From contig CAWCKJ010000003.1 in NCBI GenBank assembly GCA_963796105.1, forward strand, positions 352,001 through 416,000: a stretch of DNA of 64,000 bases, read 5' to 3'. Made by a program: the position numbers and the translations under genes. Each line of letters starts with the position of its first letter. Position 1 is the first letter of the stretch. The notes under the pieces are model-generated. The model saw nothing but the letters and a program-made list of their open reading frames with translations, made no database searches and had not been told where the DNA came from. Source of the DNA: a candidate division FCPU426 bacterium. GTDB lineage: Bacteria; Oederibacteriota; Muellerivitia; Muellerivitales; Muellerivitaceae. Positions 40,183 to 51,380 of this stretch are shown here, one piece after another.

Positions 40183-40368
40183 ATGATTTGGATGTCTTTA
40201 GCTATCTTGGCTGTGCTTTCCATTTGCTTCTGGCTGTTTAACCTGATTAACACGAAAAATACCGATCAGAACTATATCCAAGACCGTAAAAAGTATTTCC
40301 CCACCCGTTTGATACTACCATCCAAAGCTCCCGTCCCGGTAAACCCGAAAATAAAGGACGTAAAATAA
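40183..40368 (+). CDS. Small membrane-anchored hypothetical protein
   Basis: AGGTGA RBS; hydrophobic N-terminal helix. Confidence 0.45.
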   Translation: MIWMSLAILAVLSICFWLFNLINTKNTDQNYIQDRKKYFPTRLILPSKAPVPVNPKIKDVK

Positions 40369-40464
40369 GTATCGGGAAATGAAAAATGAATTTTCGAGGA
40401 AAATTTATTTCATGAAACTAATATGAAATTCGAGTCGATTGGCTCCCAGATTGCCTTTTGAATT

Positions 40465-40755
40465 CTACTTATACCTAGTTTTAGCCAATTGAATGGAATC
40501 ATCTAAAGATTTCCAAGCCGCCTCGACCCCCACCTGCAAATCTCCCCAGGCTTCCTCGGTGGCTTTGTTTAGGCGGCCCAATTTGTCCTGAAAATCCCTT
40601 CGCTTTTCCTTCAAATCATCCACGTGTTTTTGCATTTCCACGCGGGCCGAAGCCCCAGCCCGGACGGCGTTGGACTGAAGCTTATCCATATCGTTATTCC
40701 ACTGATCCATGCTGGCTTTCATCTTTTTCACGAAAGCGTCCCTGACTTCCCCCAT
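40465..40755 (-). CDS. Small coiled-coil protein (Sll1863-like)
   Basis: RDAFVKKMKASMDQW...EEAWGDLQVGVEAAWKSL..S...A; AAGGGGA RBS. Confidence 0.75.
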   Translation of the reverse strand: MGEVRDAFVKKMKASMDQWNNDMDKLQSNAVRAGASARVEMQKHVDDLKEKRRDFQDKLGRLNKATEEAWGDLQVGVEAAWKSLDDSIQLAKTRYK

Positions 40756-41023
40756 GATTGATATCTCCCCTTAATTGGATTTACGGCCAAAGCGATTATA
40801 GGAATATTACTTAAAAATAAGTGGGAATTAGGCCCCCCCATTGCCGGCTGGCTCATGGCGGTTTACGAATTTCCACCAGGTTTTATCGGAGAACCCATTT
40901 TAGGCTCTTCCGAAATAGTTAAACCCATTCTATTCTTCTAGGTGAATAATAAGGCCGGATTCGATATAATTAAATCGTTTTAATTAGTTGTTTTAACACT
41001 ATCCCCTCGTTTGGAGCCGCCTC

Positions 41024-44000
41024 ATGAAAATCTTCCTAGGAAAGTTTTGTCCCAAAATGAAACCGCTTTTATCCGGATCCCGTATTAGATACTTTTCTTT
41101 CTTTGCCCTCGCTTTATTATTCCTGCGGGTAGGCGGTGCTTTCTCCCCCGCCTCCGCGAACGTTCTCTTCTCCAACGTCTTCGGTTCCAACATGGTTCTC
41201 CAGCAGGGCGTGTCGATTCACGTGTGGGGTACAGCCAACACCGGGGAGGCAGTCACTGTCTCTTTCGGCGCAACGACCGTGACCGGAGCCGGAGACAATA
41301 ATGGCAACTGGTCTCTATATCTACCTTCTAATACAGCCAACGCCACCGGCCAAAACCTTTCCGCGTCGGGCCCCTCTAATTCCCAACCCCTCACCAATGT
41401 AGTAATCGGCGACGTCTATCTTTTATCGGGCCAATCCAACATGTGGTACGTTTGGAGCAACTGCACTGATAGATCAGGAACTGTGACCATAGGGCTTTCG
41501 GAGGCCGCTACCGCCACCTTCCCGAACATGCGGATCAGGCACGTCAATTCGGCGGCTTCGCAAACCCCCGTGGCGGATGTGCCGACGGGCCAATGGTATC
41601 AATATATTCCCGGCAATGACGCTAATACTCTCAGTTACACGGGCCTGGGCTATTACATCGGCAGGGATATTTCCCAGGCCACCACGAACACCATTCCAAT
41701 TGGTCTGTTAGAATCGGATTACCCTGGAATGCCACTGGAGATTTTTTTAAGCACGGACGCCATCCAGGCTGACCCGATCCTGGCGCCGGCCATTATCACC
41801 CCCTCCTCCCCCGCGACCTATACGGCTGAGGTTTACAACGCCATGATCGCGCCCCTGACGCCCTTCAACATCCGGGCAGTGGTTTGGGACCAGGGCGAGT
41901 CCAACGAGGGCGCCCCTTCTTATTTCCCCTCCTACGAATACGATTATCTCCTGCCGGAACTCATCAAGAACTGGCGCGAGAAATGGAACCAGAATTTTCC
42001 CTTCTACATTATCCAGCTCCAGAACATCGCCAACATGAACCCCGCGGTAATCCCCACTCCCATTCCCACCGGTCTCCCCTGCACCTACTGGAATGGCACG
42101 GAACCCTATAGCACCGCTTACAGCGTGGGGATCGCCGATGTGCGTTTTGGGCAATTCACTACCTTGAAGATGCCATTCACCGGCATGAGCGTGAATTTCG
42201 ACTTGAACCCCCGCGCGCTCAATTGCGACTCTTCCCTTTCCTACCACCCTCCCGACAAGCAGGATTTCGCGGCCCGCATCGTGCCCTGGATCCTGCGGGA
42301 TATTTACGGGCAGTCCCCCCTATCCATGACCGGCCCCCTTTATCAATCCTCCCAAACCCAGGGTTCCACAATTATCTGCCATTTCACATCCCCCAGCGGC
42401 GGGGCTTTTAGCCTTTCCACAAGCGATTCGAATCCCGTCACCGCGTTCCAAATCGCCGATTCCAGTAATTCCACGAATTACTATTGGGCCAATGCCGCCA
42501 TTTCCTCCGACGGGCAAAGTGTTTCGGTTTGGAGCCCCTCGGTAACGACTCCTATCTCGGCGCGCTATGCCTGGGGCTGGGATCCGGTTGATCCCAACGG
42601 CCCCGTGGCCAACCTCTCGGACACCAACGGCTACCTGGCCTCCCCCTACCAAACCTATAACTTCTCAAATATGCTCGTGACTGGCAACGGCAGCGCCGCC
42701 GTTTCCGACATGAACCTGACGCCATCCACCGGCAACGGGACGGATCTTGGAACTTTAGGCTTATGCCAAGCCGTGATTGAAACCTTCACCATCACCAACG
42801 ACCCAGCCGCCCTCGCGAACCTCAACTTGACCGGCGGCCCCAATTACGTCCGGATCACCGGCGCTAACGCGGCGGATTTCACGGTCGTTTCACAGCCATC
42901 GTCTTCTTCCCTAATACCCGGCGCCAGTGAGATCTTCCAGATCCGGTTCCAACCAGGCTCAACAGGCTTACGGCAGGCCATTCTTCAAATTCCCTGCGAC
43001 ACGCCTCAAAAAACCCCCTATACCATCTATATTCAGGCCACAGGCGCGGATAATTGCACCGCGACACCGACCTACACCGGCACCTGGTACTCCCCCACTC
43101 CCACTAATACGAACACCCCCACCATCACCCCTTCCCCCACCCTTACTCCCTCCGTGGCGGTAAGCATGATCGACAATTTCGACACGAATACCATCCAACC
43201 CGCGTCAAGCCGGCTGAATCTTTGGGGACAACCCTGGGGCGCTTATTCCGGAAGCGGGGCAACTATAGGGGTCACTTACTTCTCGCCAGGGGACGATGGG
43301 ACAGCCGATTGCGTCAGCCTTTTCGGGAACGTTCCCGCCAACGGTTATTGCAATTACTTGTCCTATCTTTTGAGCAATAAAGCCACCTTCAACGCTTTGA
43401 CGGCGGGTTACACAGGTATCATATTCGAGGTGAACGACAGTGACGGCAGCCAAATCCGGGCCCAAGTCATGTCCCAAGCCGTTACTTCCAATGATTATTT
43501 CGGCTCCTACTACACGGCGCCCCATACCGGACAATGGTACCCTGTGACGATTTTATTCTCGCAAATGTCCCAAGCTGGGTGGGGACACGATGTGCTTCCC
43601 ACTGCGTATAATCCCGCCACGGAAATTACGGGCGTGAAATTCGACATTACCTCTACAGGTAATTACGCATTTCTCCTGGACCAAGTCGCGTTTTTCGGTC
43701 CCTTGCCCACTGCCACGCCCACAGGAACATGGTACACCGCGACTCCCACCGTCACGGCCACCCCCACCATCACTCCCACCCCGACGGTCTCTCCTACCTT
43801 CACCCCGACCGGCTCCGCGACGCCCACAAAAACCAGCACACCCCCGCCGGACACCACTCTTTATAACTTCGAAAACGGCACGGTCATGGGTTGGAGTAAC
43901 GTTATTCCCTCAACGGACACCACACAAAATTCCTCCACGATGTCCTTTCTGGGGAACCACTCCCTGGCGGTAAGCTTGAATTTCCCTTGGACCGCCACCG

Positions 44001-44821
44001 GCGACAATGAATTCGGGGTAGAACCCCAGGCGAACCTGCTTTCCCCGGTTACCAATTTAACCGGAAAAACCTTGATCGCCCACCTCTGGGTGCCGTCCAA
44101 CTTCCCCGTTTCGCTCCAGGCGGACATTTATTTTAAAAGCGGTGGATCCTGGGCCTGGCAAACCGGCCCCTCGACGACCCTGGTGCCAAACACCTGGAAC
44201 ACTCTGACTTTGGACCCAACCGTGTCCTTTAACGTGAGCGGTACTCCTGATATCACCAATGTGCTGGGGATCGGGATACAGATACTTTATTCCGGGACTT
44301 GGACAGGCACGGTTTACATGGACTCCATGGACGTCCTCTACGTTGGAGGATCGCCCACCCCGACACCCACGGTTTCACCGACCATAACACCCAGTCCAAC
44401 CTTGACACCCACCCCGTCCCTGACATCCACCCCCACTCTTACACTCAGTCCCACGCCCAGCCCGACCAACAGTCCGACCCCCACCAACACCCCTACTCCG
44501 TCCCCTACGCCGACCCTGACGCAAACCCCGACACCCACGACGGCCTGTGTGGCTCCCCTGCTTTACCCGAATCCCGTCAGGGGAGACACGATGCAAATAC
44601 GCCTGTCTCCATGCTCGATTACCCCCCACGTATCGGTGAAACTTTTCACGGTTTCATTCCGGAAAGTGATGGACTTGGATGTCAACCCGATTCCATCGGC
44701 CGGGAATTTCTCGCTTCCCCTGTTGGATAATTGGAACAAGCCTCTCACGAACGGCTTGTATTACCTGGTGATTACCACGCCCCAAGGAAGGACCATCACC
44801 AAGATGCTGGTGATACGGTAA
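41024..44821 (+). CDS. Secreted multidomain sialate O-acetylesterase (SGNH) with Ig-like and CBM-like modules, PT linkers and T9SS-type C-terminal domain
   Basis: [37 protein letters not shown]; choice-of-anchor-D-like Ig; two galactose-binding-like modules; CTD YPNP...KLFT...NGLYYLVI...KMLVIR. Confidence 0.85.
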   Translation: MKIFLGKFCPKMKPLLSGSRIRYFSFFALALLFLRVGGAFSPASANVLFSNVFGSNMVLQQGVSIHVWGTANTGEAVTVSFGATTVTGAGDNNGNWSLYLPSNTANATGQNLSASGPSNSQPLTNVVIGDVYLLSGQSNMWYVWSNCTDRSGTVTIGLSEAATATFPNMRIRHVNSAASQTPVADVPTGQWYQYIPGNDANTLSYTGLGYYIGRDISQATTNTIPIGLLESDYPGMPLEIFLSTDAIQADPILAPAIITPSSPATYTAEVYNAMIAPLTPFNIRAVVWDQGESNEGAPSYFPSYEYDYLLPELIKNWREKWNQNFPFYIIQLQNIANMNPAVIPTPIPTGLPCTYWNGTEPYSTAYSVGIADVRFGQFTTLKMPFTGMSVNFDLNPRALNCDSSLSYHPPDKQDFAARIVPWILRDIYGQSPLSMTGPLYQSSQTQGSTIICHFTSPSGGAFSLSTSDSNPVTAFQIADSSNSTNYYWANAAISSDGQSVSVWSPSVTTPISARYAWGWDPVDPNGPVANLSDTNGYLASPYQTYNFSNMLVTGNGSAAVSDMNLTPSTGNGTDLGTLGLCQAVIETFTITNDPAALANLNLTGGPNYVRITGANAADFTVVSQPSSSSLIPGASEIFQIRFQPGSTGLRQAILQIPCDTPQKTPYTIYIQATGADNCTATPTYTGTWYSPTPTNTNTPTITPSPTLTPSVAVSMIDNFDTNTIQPASSRLNLWGQPWGAYSGSGATIGVTYFSPGDDGTADCVSLFGNVPANGYCNYLSYLLSNKATFNALTAGYTGIIFEVNDSDGSQIRAQVMSQAVTSNDYFGSYYTAPHTGQWYPVTILFSQMSQAGWGHDVLPTAYNPATEITGVKFDITSTGNYAFLLDQVAFFGPLPTATPTGTWYTATPTVTATPTITPTPTVSPTFTPTGSATPTKTSTPPPDTTLYNFENGTVMGWSNVIPSTDTTQNSSTMSFLGNHSLAVSLNFPWTATGDNEFGVEPQANLLSPVTNLTGKTLIAHLWVPSNFPVSLQADIYFKSGGSWAWQTGPSTTLVPNTWNTLTLDPTVSFNVSGTPDITNVLGIGIQILYSGTWTGTVYMDSMDVLYVGGSPTPTPTVSPTITPSPTLTPTPSLTSTPTLTLSPTPSPTNSPTPTNTPTPSPTPTLTQTPTPTTACVAPLLYPNPVRGDTMQIRLSPCSITPHVSVKLFTVSFRKVMDLDVNPIPSAGNFSLPLLDNWNKPLTNGLYYLVITTPQGRTITKMLVIR

Positions 44822-44933
44822 AAAGCAATTTTAAATTCTCGATTTTGAATTTTAAATTGCTGGGGATTAACAAGTTACGAAAAACACGGATTATTTCATT
44901 TATCTAATGCCGATAAGCCCTATTTGCCATTTC

Positions 44934-45833
44934 TCACTGCCGTTGGGCATTGTCAGGGTCCAGGGCGTAAGGCGCGACTCCTCCGTTGAAATCCCTTGGC
45001 CGTTGGGTAACGACCGGTACCTCGTTGCAGTCCTCGAAGTACTTTCCCCCTATTTCCTCCAGAAGCGGCGAACCAGCCAAGAGGACCGAGGTTGCGGCTC
45101 CCTGTTGCGGGGTTTTCCGCTTTTCGGGAGGCGTTTTGAGGCCTCCCGTGTATCTCTGGAGGTTGGTCGGAATTGCCCCGGGATTCAAGGCGTTGGCGAA
45201 AATGCCATCCCCCGCCCACCTTCTGTTCGCCTCCACCGCCAGAAGGACATCCGCCGTCTTGGACTGCCCATACGCCGCAAAAGGCTCATAGGGCTTGAAG
45301 TTGAAGTGGGGATCGTCAAACAGGACTGGCGAGATCAGGTTCGCGCTGGAACTTACCGACACGATTCGCGCGCCCTTGGAGGATTTCAAAGCGGGATACA
45401 AGCGCGTCGTCAGGGCGAAATGGCCAAGGAAATTGGTCGCAAACTGCTTTTCCCATCCCTGGGGGGTCCTTTCCAGCGTGGGAATGGCCATAACGCCGGC
45501 GTTGTTAACCAGGATGTGGAGCGGACCTTCCCATTGATCCGCGAACTTTCGAATGGAATCCAGGTCGAGCAAATCGAGCAGGCGCAGCAAAACTTTCAGG
45601 TTCCCTGCAGTATTTTTGATCTCTTCCGCCGCCGATTGCCCAGCCTCGAACCTTCGGACCGCCAAGGTCACTTCAGCCCCCGCGCTAGCCAGCGCCCGGG
45701 CCGTCTCTAACCCGATCCCAGAGGCCCCTCCCGTGACAATGGCTCGCTTACCGGTGAGATCGACGCCCTGAAGGATGTCGCTGGCAGTCGAATGGAAGCC
45801 GAAAGGCGTAGTGATAGGGGGCAATGAAGACAC
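44934..45833 (-). CDS. Short-chain dehydrogenase/reductase (retinol-DH-like), possibly with a premature stop near the C-terminus
   Basis: TGGASGIG, LVNNAGVM, FATNFLGHF, YGQSK, LNPGAIPT. Confidence 0.92.
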   Translation of the reverse strand: MSSLPPITTPFGFHSTASDILQGVDLTGKRAIVTGGASGIGLETARALASAGAEVTLAVRRFEAGQSAAEEIKNTAGNLKVLLRLLDLLDLDSIRKFADQWEGPLHILVNNAGVMAIPTLERTPQGWEKQFATNFLGHFALTTRLYPALKSSKGARIVSVSSSANLISPVLFDDPHFNFKPYEPFAAYGQSKTADVLLAVEANRRWAGDGIFANALNPGAIPTNLQRYTGGLKTPPEKRKTPQQGAATSVLLAGSPLLEEIGGKYFEDCNEVPVVTQRPRDFNGGVAPYALDPDNAQRQ

Positions 45834-45864
45834 TCTTTATAAGAAATTATTCAGGAGCCTTCAA

Positions 45865-46473
45865 TTAAAAATTAAACGCCAGGAAATTCGCCTTGAGTTC
45901 CGGCTGGTTGATGTTCCAGGTGATAGTCTCATCTTCCCCGCGGATGACCGCGTTATAACGCTGGACCGCCGCGAACTTGGAAGTTTCAGCCTGAGCCAGC
46001 TCAAACGCCCCCACATATTCCAACACCAGTCCTACAAGGCCCACCCCGATACCCGCGCTCACTTGAGAATCGATTTGACCGTTGCCCGTCTGGAGGTTGT
46101 TGTCGGACGCAATCACGCTAAGACCCAGGACTAAAACCCCGATCCCTCCCACAAGCAGGGGCACGCCGACATCCCCTGAGCTTTTGGATACGCCCAACAA
46201 ACGGTTGGCCTCGGCGTCATTCAAGGTGCGAATGAGCTTATCCACGCTCACAAAATCCTTAAGCTCCTCTTTCGCGTAATAGTACCGGAGGCCTTCCACA
46301 GTCGTAAATTTCACGACTATGGCCTTGCGCTTTTTCACGGACTTGGAAACTTTCGGCAATTTCGGAACCTTGTGAACTTCCGGCGTCGGAATGGGTGTCT
46401 GGGCCAGGACTAAGGAATGAATTAAAAACGCTCCCACGAGAACAGCGGCAAGAGTAAGCGGTCTTTTAAACAT
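45865..46473 (-). CDS. Exported/membrane hypothetical protein
   Basis: Signal peptide, two Gly-rich hydrophobic segments, terminal Phe. Confidence 0.65.
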   Translation of the reverse strand: MFKRPLTLAAVLVGAFLIHSLVLAQTPIPTPEVHKVPKLPKVSKSVKKRKAIVVKFTTVEGLRYYYAKEELKDFVSVDKLIRTLNDAEANRLLGVSKSSGDVGVPLLVGGIGVLVLGLSVIASDNNLQTGNGQIDSQVSAGIGVGLVGLVLEYVGAFELAQAETSKFAAVQRYNAVIRGEDETITWNINQPELKANFLAFNF

Positions 46474-46598
46474 ATTCTTCTTCCTTGAATGTTGCGCTGA
46501 TAAAAACCTTGAAATAAGCGTCCCGTCCCGGATCGGGGAAAATAAGTAGCCTATTTTCGGAAATAAATGGTTCCATAAAACTCCCGATAGTTACAAAT

Positions 46599-47549
46599 TC
46601 ACTTTGTGCATTCCTTATAAAAGTCGTAGCAGTTGTCCTTGTTCACCTTGTCATCGCGCCATTTCATGGCGTCCCGCGGGTGCTGGTTGAGAAGGCCTGA
46701 AATGCCGTAAATGTCGTTGAAGCCCCACTCCATCTTTTCCCGGAGCGGGACGAACTGCTCCTGGATGACCTTGTAGATGGGCCGGACGTCGAATTTCGGG
46801 TTTTGCAGGAACCCCAGCAGGAGCTCCAGGGGGCAGTTGCCCGCTCCCCGGCCCATGCCGTTGATGGTGGCGTCCAGCATGTTCACGCCCTCGATGATGC
46901 ACTGCTGGGTGTTGGCGTAGGCCAGCTGGATGTTGTTGTGGCCGTGGAAACCCAGCTTCTCGATGGGGACGTACTTCTTGTAGAGGGTCAGGTAATGGGT
47001 GATCTGCTCGGAGTAAAAGGCCCCGTAGGTGTCCACCAGGTACAGGCAGTCCACCTCCGGCGACTTGGAAACGTCCTCCAGCGCCTCGTTGAGCTCCGTC
47101 TCGATGGCGGCCGATACCGCCATGATATTGAGGGATGTCGAGTATCCCTTGTCCTTGGAGCGCTTGACCGCGTCCAGGGCCTTGTCGATCTGGGGCACGT
47201 AGCAGGCCGTGCGGATCATGTCCACGGGGCTGTCCTTCTTGTTCTTGAGCCCGTTGAGATCGATGCGTCCGATGTCAAACATGACAGCGAGCTTGGGACG
47301 GTTGCTCCCCTTGTAGTTCCCTACCACCCGCTTCAGGAGCTCCTCGTCGCAAAAATTCCAAGGGCCGAACTTGGAGCGCGGGTACTCGTCGCTTTCCACG
47401 AGCTTCTTGCCCAGCTCGATGATGTCCACCCCCGCCTCGCAGACGGCGGCGTAAACCGCCTTTACGAAATCCTCGGCGAACTGGTAATTGTTGATCAATC
47501 CCCCGTCGCGGATGGTGCAATCCAAGACCTTGAGCTCTTTTCGAAACAT
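46599..47549 (-). CDS. DRE-TIM/HMGL-like aldolase catalytic domain protein
   Basis: LDCTIRDGG, LVDTYG, FHGHNN, GMGRGAGNCPLE. Confidence 0.88.
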   Translation of the reverse strand: MFRKELKVLDCTIRDGGLINNYQFAEDFVKAVYAAVCEAGVDIIELGKKLVESDEYPRSKFGPWNFCDEELLKRVVGNYKGSNRPKLAVMFDIGRIDLNGLKNKKDSPVDMIRTACYVPQIDKALDAVKRSKDKGYSTSLNIMAVSAAIETELNEALEDVSKSPEVDCLYLVDTYGAFYSEQITHYLTLYKKYVPIEKLGFHGHNNIQLAYANTQQCIIEGVNMLDATINGMGRGAGNCPLELLLGFLQNPKFDVRPIYKVIQEQFVPLREKMEWGFNDIYGISGLLNQHPRDAMKWRDDKVNKDNCYDFYKECTK

Positions 47550-47709
47550 GGGATGTCCTTTTAAAGAATTGGTATGTGTACGATAAACAAGGGCCGGGAC
47601 TCACCCTCCTGGCCCTTCCAAACACCGACACATCCTAAACCGACTGGCTTTGGGCGTAAATCTGAATGTTTGTTGTTGCTTGCTTTAGGGAAAGGCTTTT
47701 TCAGCGATT

Positions 47710-48117
47710 TCAGCGGATCCCATGCTTGTTGAGAAAGGGACCGTATTCCCTGTCGATAACCTTGATGTGCTGGGTCAGCCATTCCTTGAGGTAATTCATC
47801 ACCTTTTGGGAGATCAGGTATTCCCCGGCGTCATACTCGGAACGCAGTTTTTGAACCTGTCGGATGAACACCTTATGCTCGAGCCGGTGCAGGGCCAGGT
47901 CTGGATAGCTGAATTTTTCCAGCAGGCCTTCCTCGTAGGAAAAATGCTTCTGAATGTAAAGCGACAAACCTTTGAATGTGGCTTCCATCTCGTTCCAGCC
48001 ATGGCCCTCGGTCATGGCCTGGTGCAGGCCATTGACCAGATCGATCAGGTTTTGGTGCTGGTCGTCGATTTCCGCGACACCCACCGAAAATTCACTGGTC
48101 CATGCGATAAAAGCCAT
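47710..48117 (-). CDS. Bacteriohemerythrin
   Basis: W...SVGVAEIDDQH, HFSYEE, HRLEH, WLTQHI...D. Confidence 0.95.
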   Translation of the reverse strand: MAFIAWTSEFSVGVAEIDDQHQNLIDLVNGLHQAMTEGHGWNEMEATFKGLSLYIQKHFSYEEGLLEKFSYPDLALHRLEHKVFIRQVQKLRSEYDAGEYLISQKVMNYLKEWLTQHIKVIDREYGPFLNKHGIR

Positions 48118-48304
48118 GTGTTCCGATCCTCAAGAAGTTCACACAAGGGCGCCAGGGATGGCCCCGCGGTCAGTAGATTATAGAATGAAATCCGGAAACC
48201 GGAGTTGGAAATGAGGGGCCCAACAACATCGGCCCTGGGAATCACTTCTGGGCGGGTTTAGAACCTAGAATCAAAAGGCGGGAATCAGAAATAAACTTCG
48301 GGAA

Positions 48305-48679
48305 TTACCTGATTTTAGCGGACCATCGAATCAGGTAGTTTTTCAATAAGTCCGCGTCCTCTTCCTTAATGGCCTCGAAATGCAGGCCTTCTCCATTCTC
48401 CATTGCCCAGACCACTTCTCCGAACGCCGAAAGGATATTGGAAGTTTCAGGAAGGTTGATCTCAAGGCGGACGATACTGCCCACACTCATACCCGAATTT
48501 CCAGCCAGGCAAAGACCACCCAGGCTTACATTGACGGTATGGCTGACTCTCTCTCCGCTTTTGCGGTCAAATATCGTCTTCATTTCCCTTTGCTCGTCCA
48601 GAACCCTGTGTTTGACAGGAATGTTGAGCGGAACCCTGGGATGGATTCTTTTCTCTGTGAACCTATTCGCGTCGGTCAT
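48305..48679 (-). CDS. Single-domain PilZ protein
   Basis: EKRIHPR (RxxxR) and NVSLGG ([D/N]xSxxG), GEVVW, GLHF. Confidence 0.88.
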   Translation of the reverse strand: MTDANRFTEKRIHPRVPLNIPVKHRVLDEQREMKTIFDRKSGERVSHTVNVSLGGLCLAGNSGMSVGSIVRLEINLPETSNILSAFGEVVWAMENGEGLHFEAIKEEDADLLKNYLIRWSAKIR

Positions 48680-49172
48680 ATAGGGCTTCCTTGAATTCGA
48701 AATATATTTGTGCCGGCTGAATCAGACGGCACAATTTATAAAATCAACTCCATTAACATTCTGAGGATAATGTGGCAAGAGAAAAAAATCCTCATCAAAC
48801 GTGTGATAAAAGTGTTAAACGGTTTATCTCATTTGCGGGTCGTAAACTTAAAATGAGGACAAAAAAGAGTTTTCCCATATTCATTTTCGTTGGAAAGTCG
48901 GCCGAACCTGACTTAAAACCCTATCAACCTTTCAAATTATTCCAAAATGACGCTTGTAGGGTCTAACTTTGCGTGATTTAGGGACGTAATTGAGCGTTGT
49001 TGACCTAAATAGGGGTTTAACCCTTTTCTTAAAAACCCCGGAAATCAAAGCCTAAAAATTCAGTCAGAACCCCGCGAAGACTTTAATTCCGTTAGTTCTC
49101 GAGACTTCCTGAGTGGATTGGATTTAGATAAATGGTATTTCAAATGTTGGAAAAGAATGACCCGGAGATAAG

Positions 49173-49248
<76 letters not shown>

Positions 49249-49305
49249 ACAAAAAGGGACGCTTAAGAGAGCGAATTATTCTGGAATAACTCAGAATGGT
49301 TTTGA

Positions 49306-49334
49306 AGATTATCAAGACATAAAGGACTTGTCAA
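49306..49334 (-). promoter_or_regulatory. sigma70 promoter of tRNA-Phe
   Basis: TTGACA-17 bp-TAATCT with a TGn extension. Confidence 0.65.
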
Positions 49335-49380
49335 CCCAAGACACCGGCCTGCATTGCCGTGAATAGGCCGATTTGTTATT

Positions 49381-50376
49381 TCAAAAAATGCGGAACTGGT
49401 TGAATCTCATGTTAAGAGCGAAGTAAAAAGTATCCTGGCTGGTGGTTTGAAAATCAGCGGGGTCATAAGCGATATCGACTGAGAAATCGTTGTCATCAAT
49501 GGCACGGGTTAAACTGCATCCTAGCGTGTAATTTTCAAAAACATTGCCCGTAAACTGCGAAAAGGATTGAAACTGGTACCCCCCGCGGACGCAGAACAGT
49601 TTCGGGAAGACCCAAACCTCGCCGCCTATGCCCATTTTCATGCCTTGATCCGAAGGTTTGAAAACCTCTAAACCCAGGTTCATGTCTTTTTGGTTCCCTA
49701 GATCCTGATGGATGCCAACCCCCAAGCGGATGAACATGGGAAGGGGATCCGCGCTCCCGGTCAAAGCCTGGTCGAATTTCATGCTGGTCCCTATGTTCAA
49801 GATCGAAAGGCCAGCCTTGATCCCGTAGGGTAATTTTTCCAATGTCGCGCCGACGTTAAAACCTAGTGCCTCGGAGGAATAGGACGCTAAATCGCTTTGG
49901 ATGTATTCCAACGTGCCCCCCAAACGGATCGCGGGTGAGACTTTCGTGGCGAATGTCCCCGAAACCAATATGTCGTCCGCGTTAACCGGCGGAGCGCCGT
50001 TCTGGTTGTCCACTGGAGGCATATGGCGGTACTCGAAATTGAGCGCAGCCGCGGTCTCAAAACCAATCGCCGAGGCGAAGGTCAAGTATTCATACTGGAT
50101 CTGAGCCAAACTATCTAAATGGTAGATGAGTAATTGGGAGGCTTTCAAGTTTGACAAACCAGCGGGATTATAATCAATGGAATAGGCGTCATCCCCCATT
50201 GCGGTATAAACACCGGCCATCCCGGCAGGACGCACTCCCTGAGTGATTTTTAAAAGGTCAGCCGTCGTGGTACCGACAGTTTGGGAAAAGGTCCGGCAGA
50301 ACCCCGCCGCCACAAAAAATACAAATAACCATCCGATAATTGATTTTGATCTGAACATATTTTCTAGTTTCATCAT
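49381..50376 (-). CDS. PorV/PorQ-family outer-membrane beta-barrel protein
   Basis: GTTTADLLKI..GVRPAGMAGVYTAMGDDA..IDYNPAGL plug motif; alternating beta-strands; terminal Phe; RBS before ATG 50376. Confidence 0.82.
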   Translation of the reverse strand: MMKLENMFRSKSIIGWLFVFFVAAGFCRTFSQTVGTTTADLLKITQGVRPAGMAGVYTAMGDDAYSIDYNPAGLSNLKASQLLIYHLDSLAQIQYEYLTFASAIGFETAAALNFEYRHMPPVDNQNGAPPVNADDILVSGTFATKVSPAIRLGGTLEYIQSDLASYSSEALGFNVGATLEKLPYGIKAGLSILNIGTSMKFDQALTGSADPLPMFIRLGVGIHQDLGNQKDMNLGLEVFKPSDQGMKMGIGGEVWVFPKLFCVRGGYQFQSFSQFTGNVFENYTLGCSLTRAIDDNDFSVDIAYDPADFQTTSQDTFYFALNMRFNQFRIF

Positions 50377-50408
50377 TCCTTCCCTCCTAAAAACCTTATA
50401 TAAAAAAA

Positions 50409-51380
50409 TCAAAATTTGGTGCTGATGGAAATTCGATGCGTGTCCCCGAAGACATCCTCGGGAGCGTAAGCATAATCCAGGAAAGCCACTGTGCCGTTGA
50501 AATCAAGTCCATAACCGGCCCCTAGCGTGGGGCCCACCCCGCTGAGGGAAGTGTCCAAAAACTGGTAGCCGCCCCGCAAAGTGGCCCTGTTGCCAATCCA
50601 TTTCAAATTATACTCTACACCAACCCGCATCCCAACCTTGTCTTCAATGGGTTGGATGGGGAAAATAGCGTCCACGCTGATGGCGCCGTCATCCTGGTCG
50701 GAAAAAAGCTCATAACGCCTGTAAGAAATCCCCGTATTGAGGCTGAAAGGTAAATCAAAGCTGGATTCCTGCGCTCCAAGGTTTTTAAGCGCTATTCCGA
50801 CTCTCATTCCGTCAAATGGCGGCAGGACAATCAATCCCGCGTCTAAGCTGAAAAGGGACGAGGAAAGGGTATCAATCTGTTGTTGCATTAATTTCCCAGT
50901 CAAGCCGAAGTGCACCGCTTGGCTGATTTCATGGGCGTATGAAAGGGTGAATATACTGTCGCCGCTGGAAAAAGTCCCGACTGTCTGGCCCTGGTCGTTC
51001 GTCCTGGGCATATTTCCCGGCTGGAGAAGGTTCACGCTGATGGCCGCGACCCCTCCGATGGAGGGGGAGAAAGACCCCACGGGGGTGGCAAAAGCGACGA
51101 ACTCATAACTCATCTGCTGATAAAGCGAAAGATATGTCAAATTTAATTCATTAGTGAGAACGCTGGCCAACCCCGCGGGATTGTAATATACAGCCCCGAC
51201 GTCATCCCCCATGGCCGTATAGGCCTCGCCGCTTCCCATCGCCCTGGATACGGGAGAAATTTTCAAGAAATCAAAAGCACTACGCCCAGCGTTCGCTGTT
51301 TGAGCCTGAGAACTGCCAGAAAGACCGAGGGCAAAGAATAGAAAAGAGAAACATATGCGCTTCAAAAAAACGCGATTCAT
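50409..51380 (-). CDS. PorV/PorQ-family outer-membrane beta-barrel protein
   Basis: Signal peptide; AFDFLKISPVSRAMGSGEAYTAMGDDVGAVYYNPAGLA; DYAY...FGDTHRISISTKF. Confidence 0.88.
   Translation of the reverse strand: MNRVFLKRICFSFLFFALGLSGSSQAQTANAGRSAFDFLKISPVSRAMGSGEAYTAMGDDVGAVYYNPAGLASVLTNELNLTYLSLYQQMSYEFVAFATPVGSFSPSIGGVAAISVNLLQPGNMPRTNDQGQTVGTFSSGDSIFTLSYAHEISQAVHFGLTGKLMQQQIDTLSSSLFSLDAGLIVLPPFDGMRVGIALKNLGAQESSFDLPFSLNTGISYRRYELFSDQDDGAISVDAIFPIQPIEDKVGMRVGVEYNLKWIGNRATLRGGYQFLDTSLSGVGPTLGAGYGLDFNGTVAFLDYAYAPEDVFGDTHRISISTKF

Noticed and set aside
44934..44936. UGA recoding (selenocysteine or Trp code)
   Set aside because: TGA ends many clear genes in the window (kinase, mutL, flgE), and no SECIS-like hairpin or catalytic context is evident
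48824..48851. sigma28 promoter for the PilZ gene (TTAAGTTT-N12-TGAGATAA)
   Set aside because: The -35 matches the flgD candidate, but spacing is off by one and the -10 lacks CCGA; too weak to call
38450..49172. Genomic island integrated at tRNA-Phe
   Set aside because: Gene content is heterogeneous, but no integrase lies next to the tRNA and no duplicated tRNA 3' end was found
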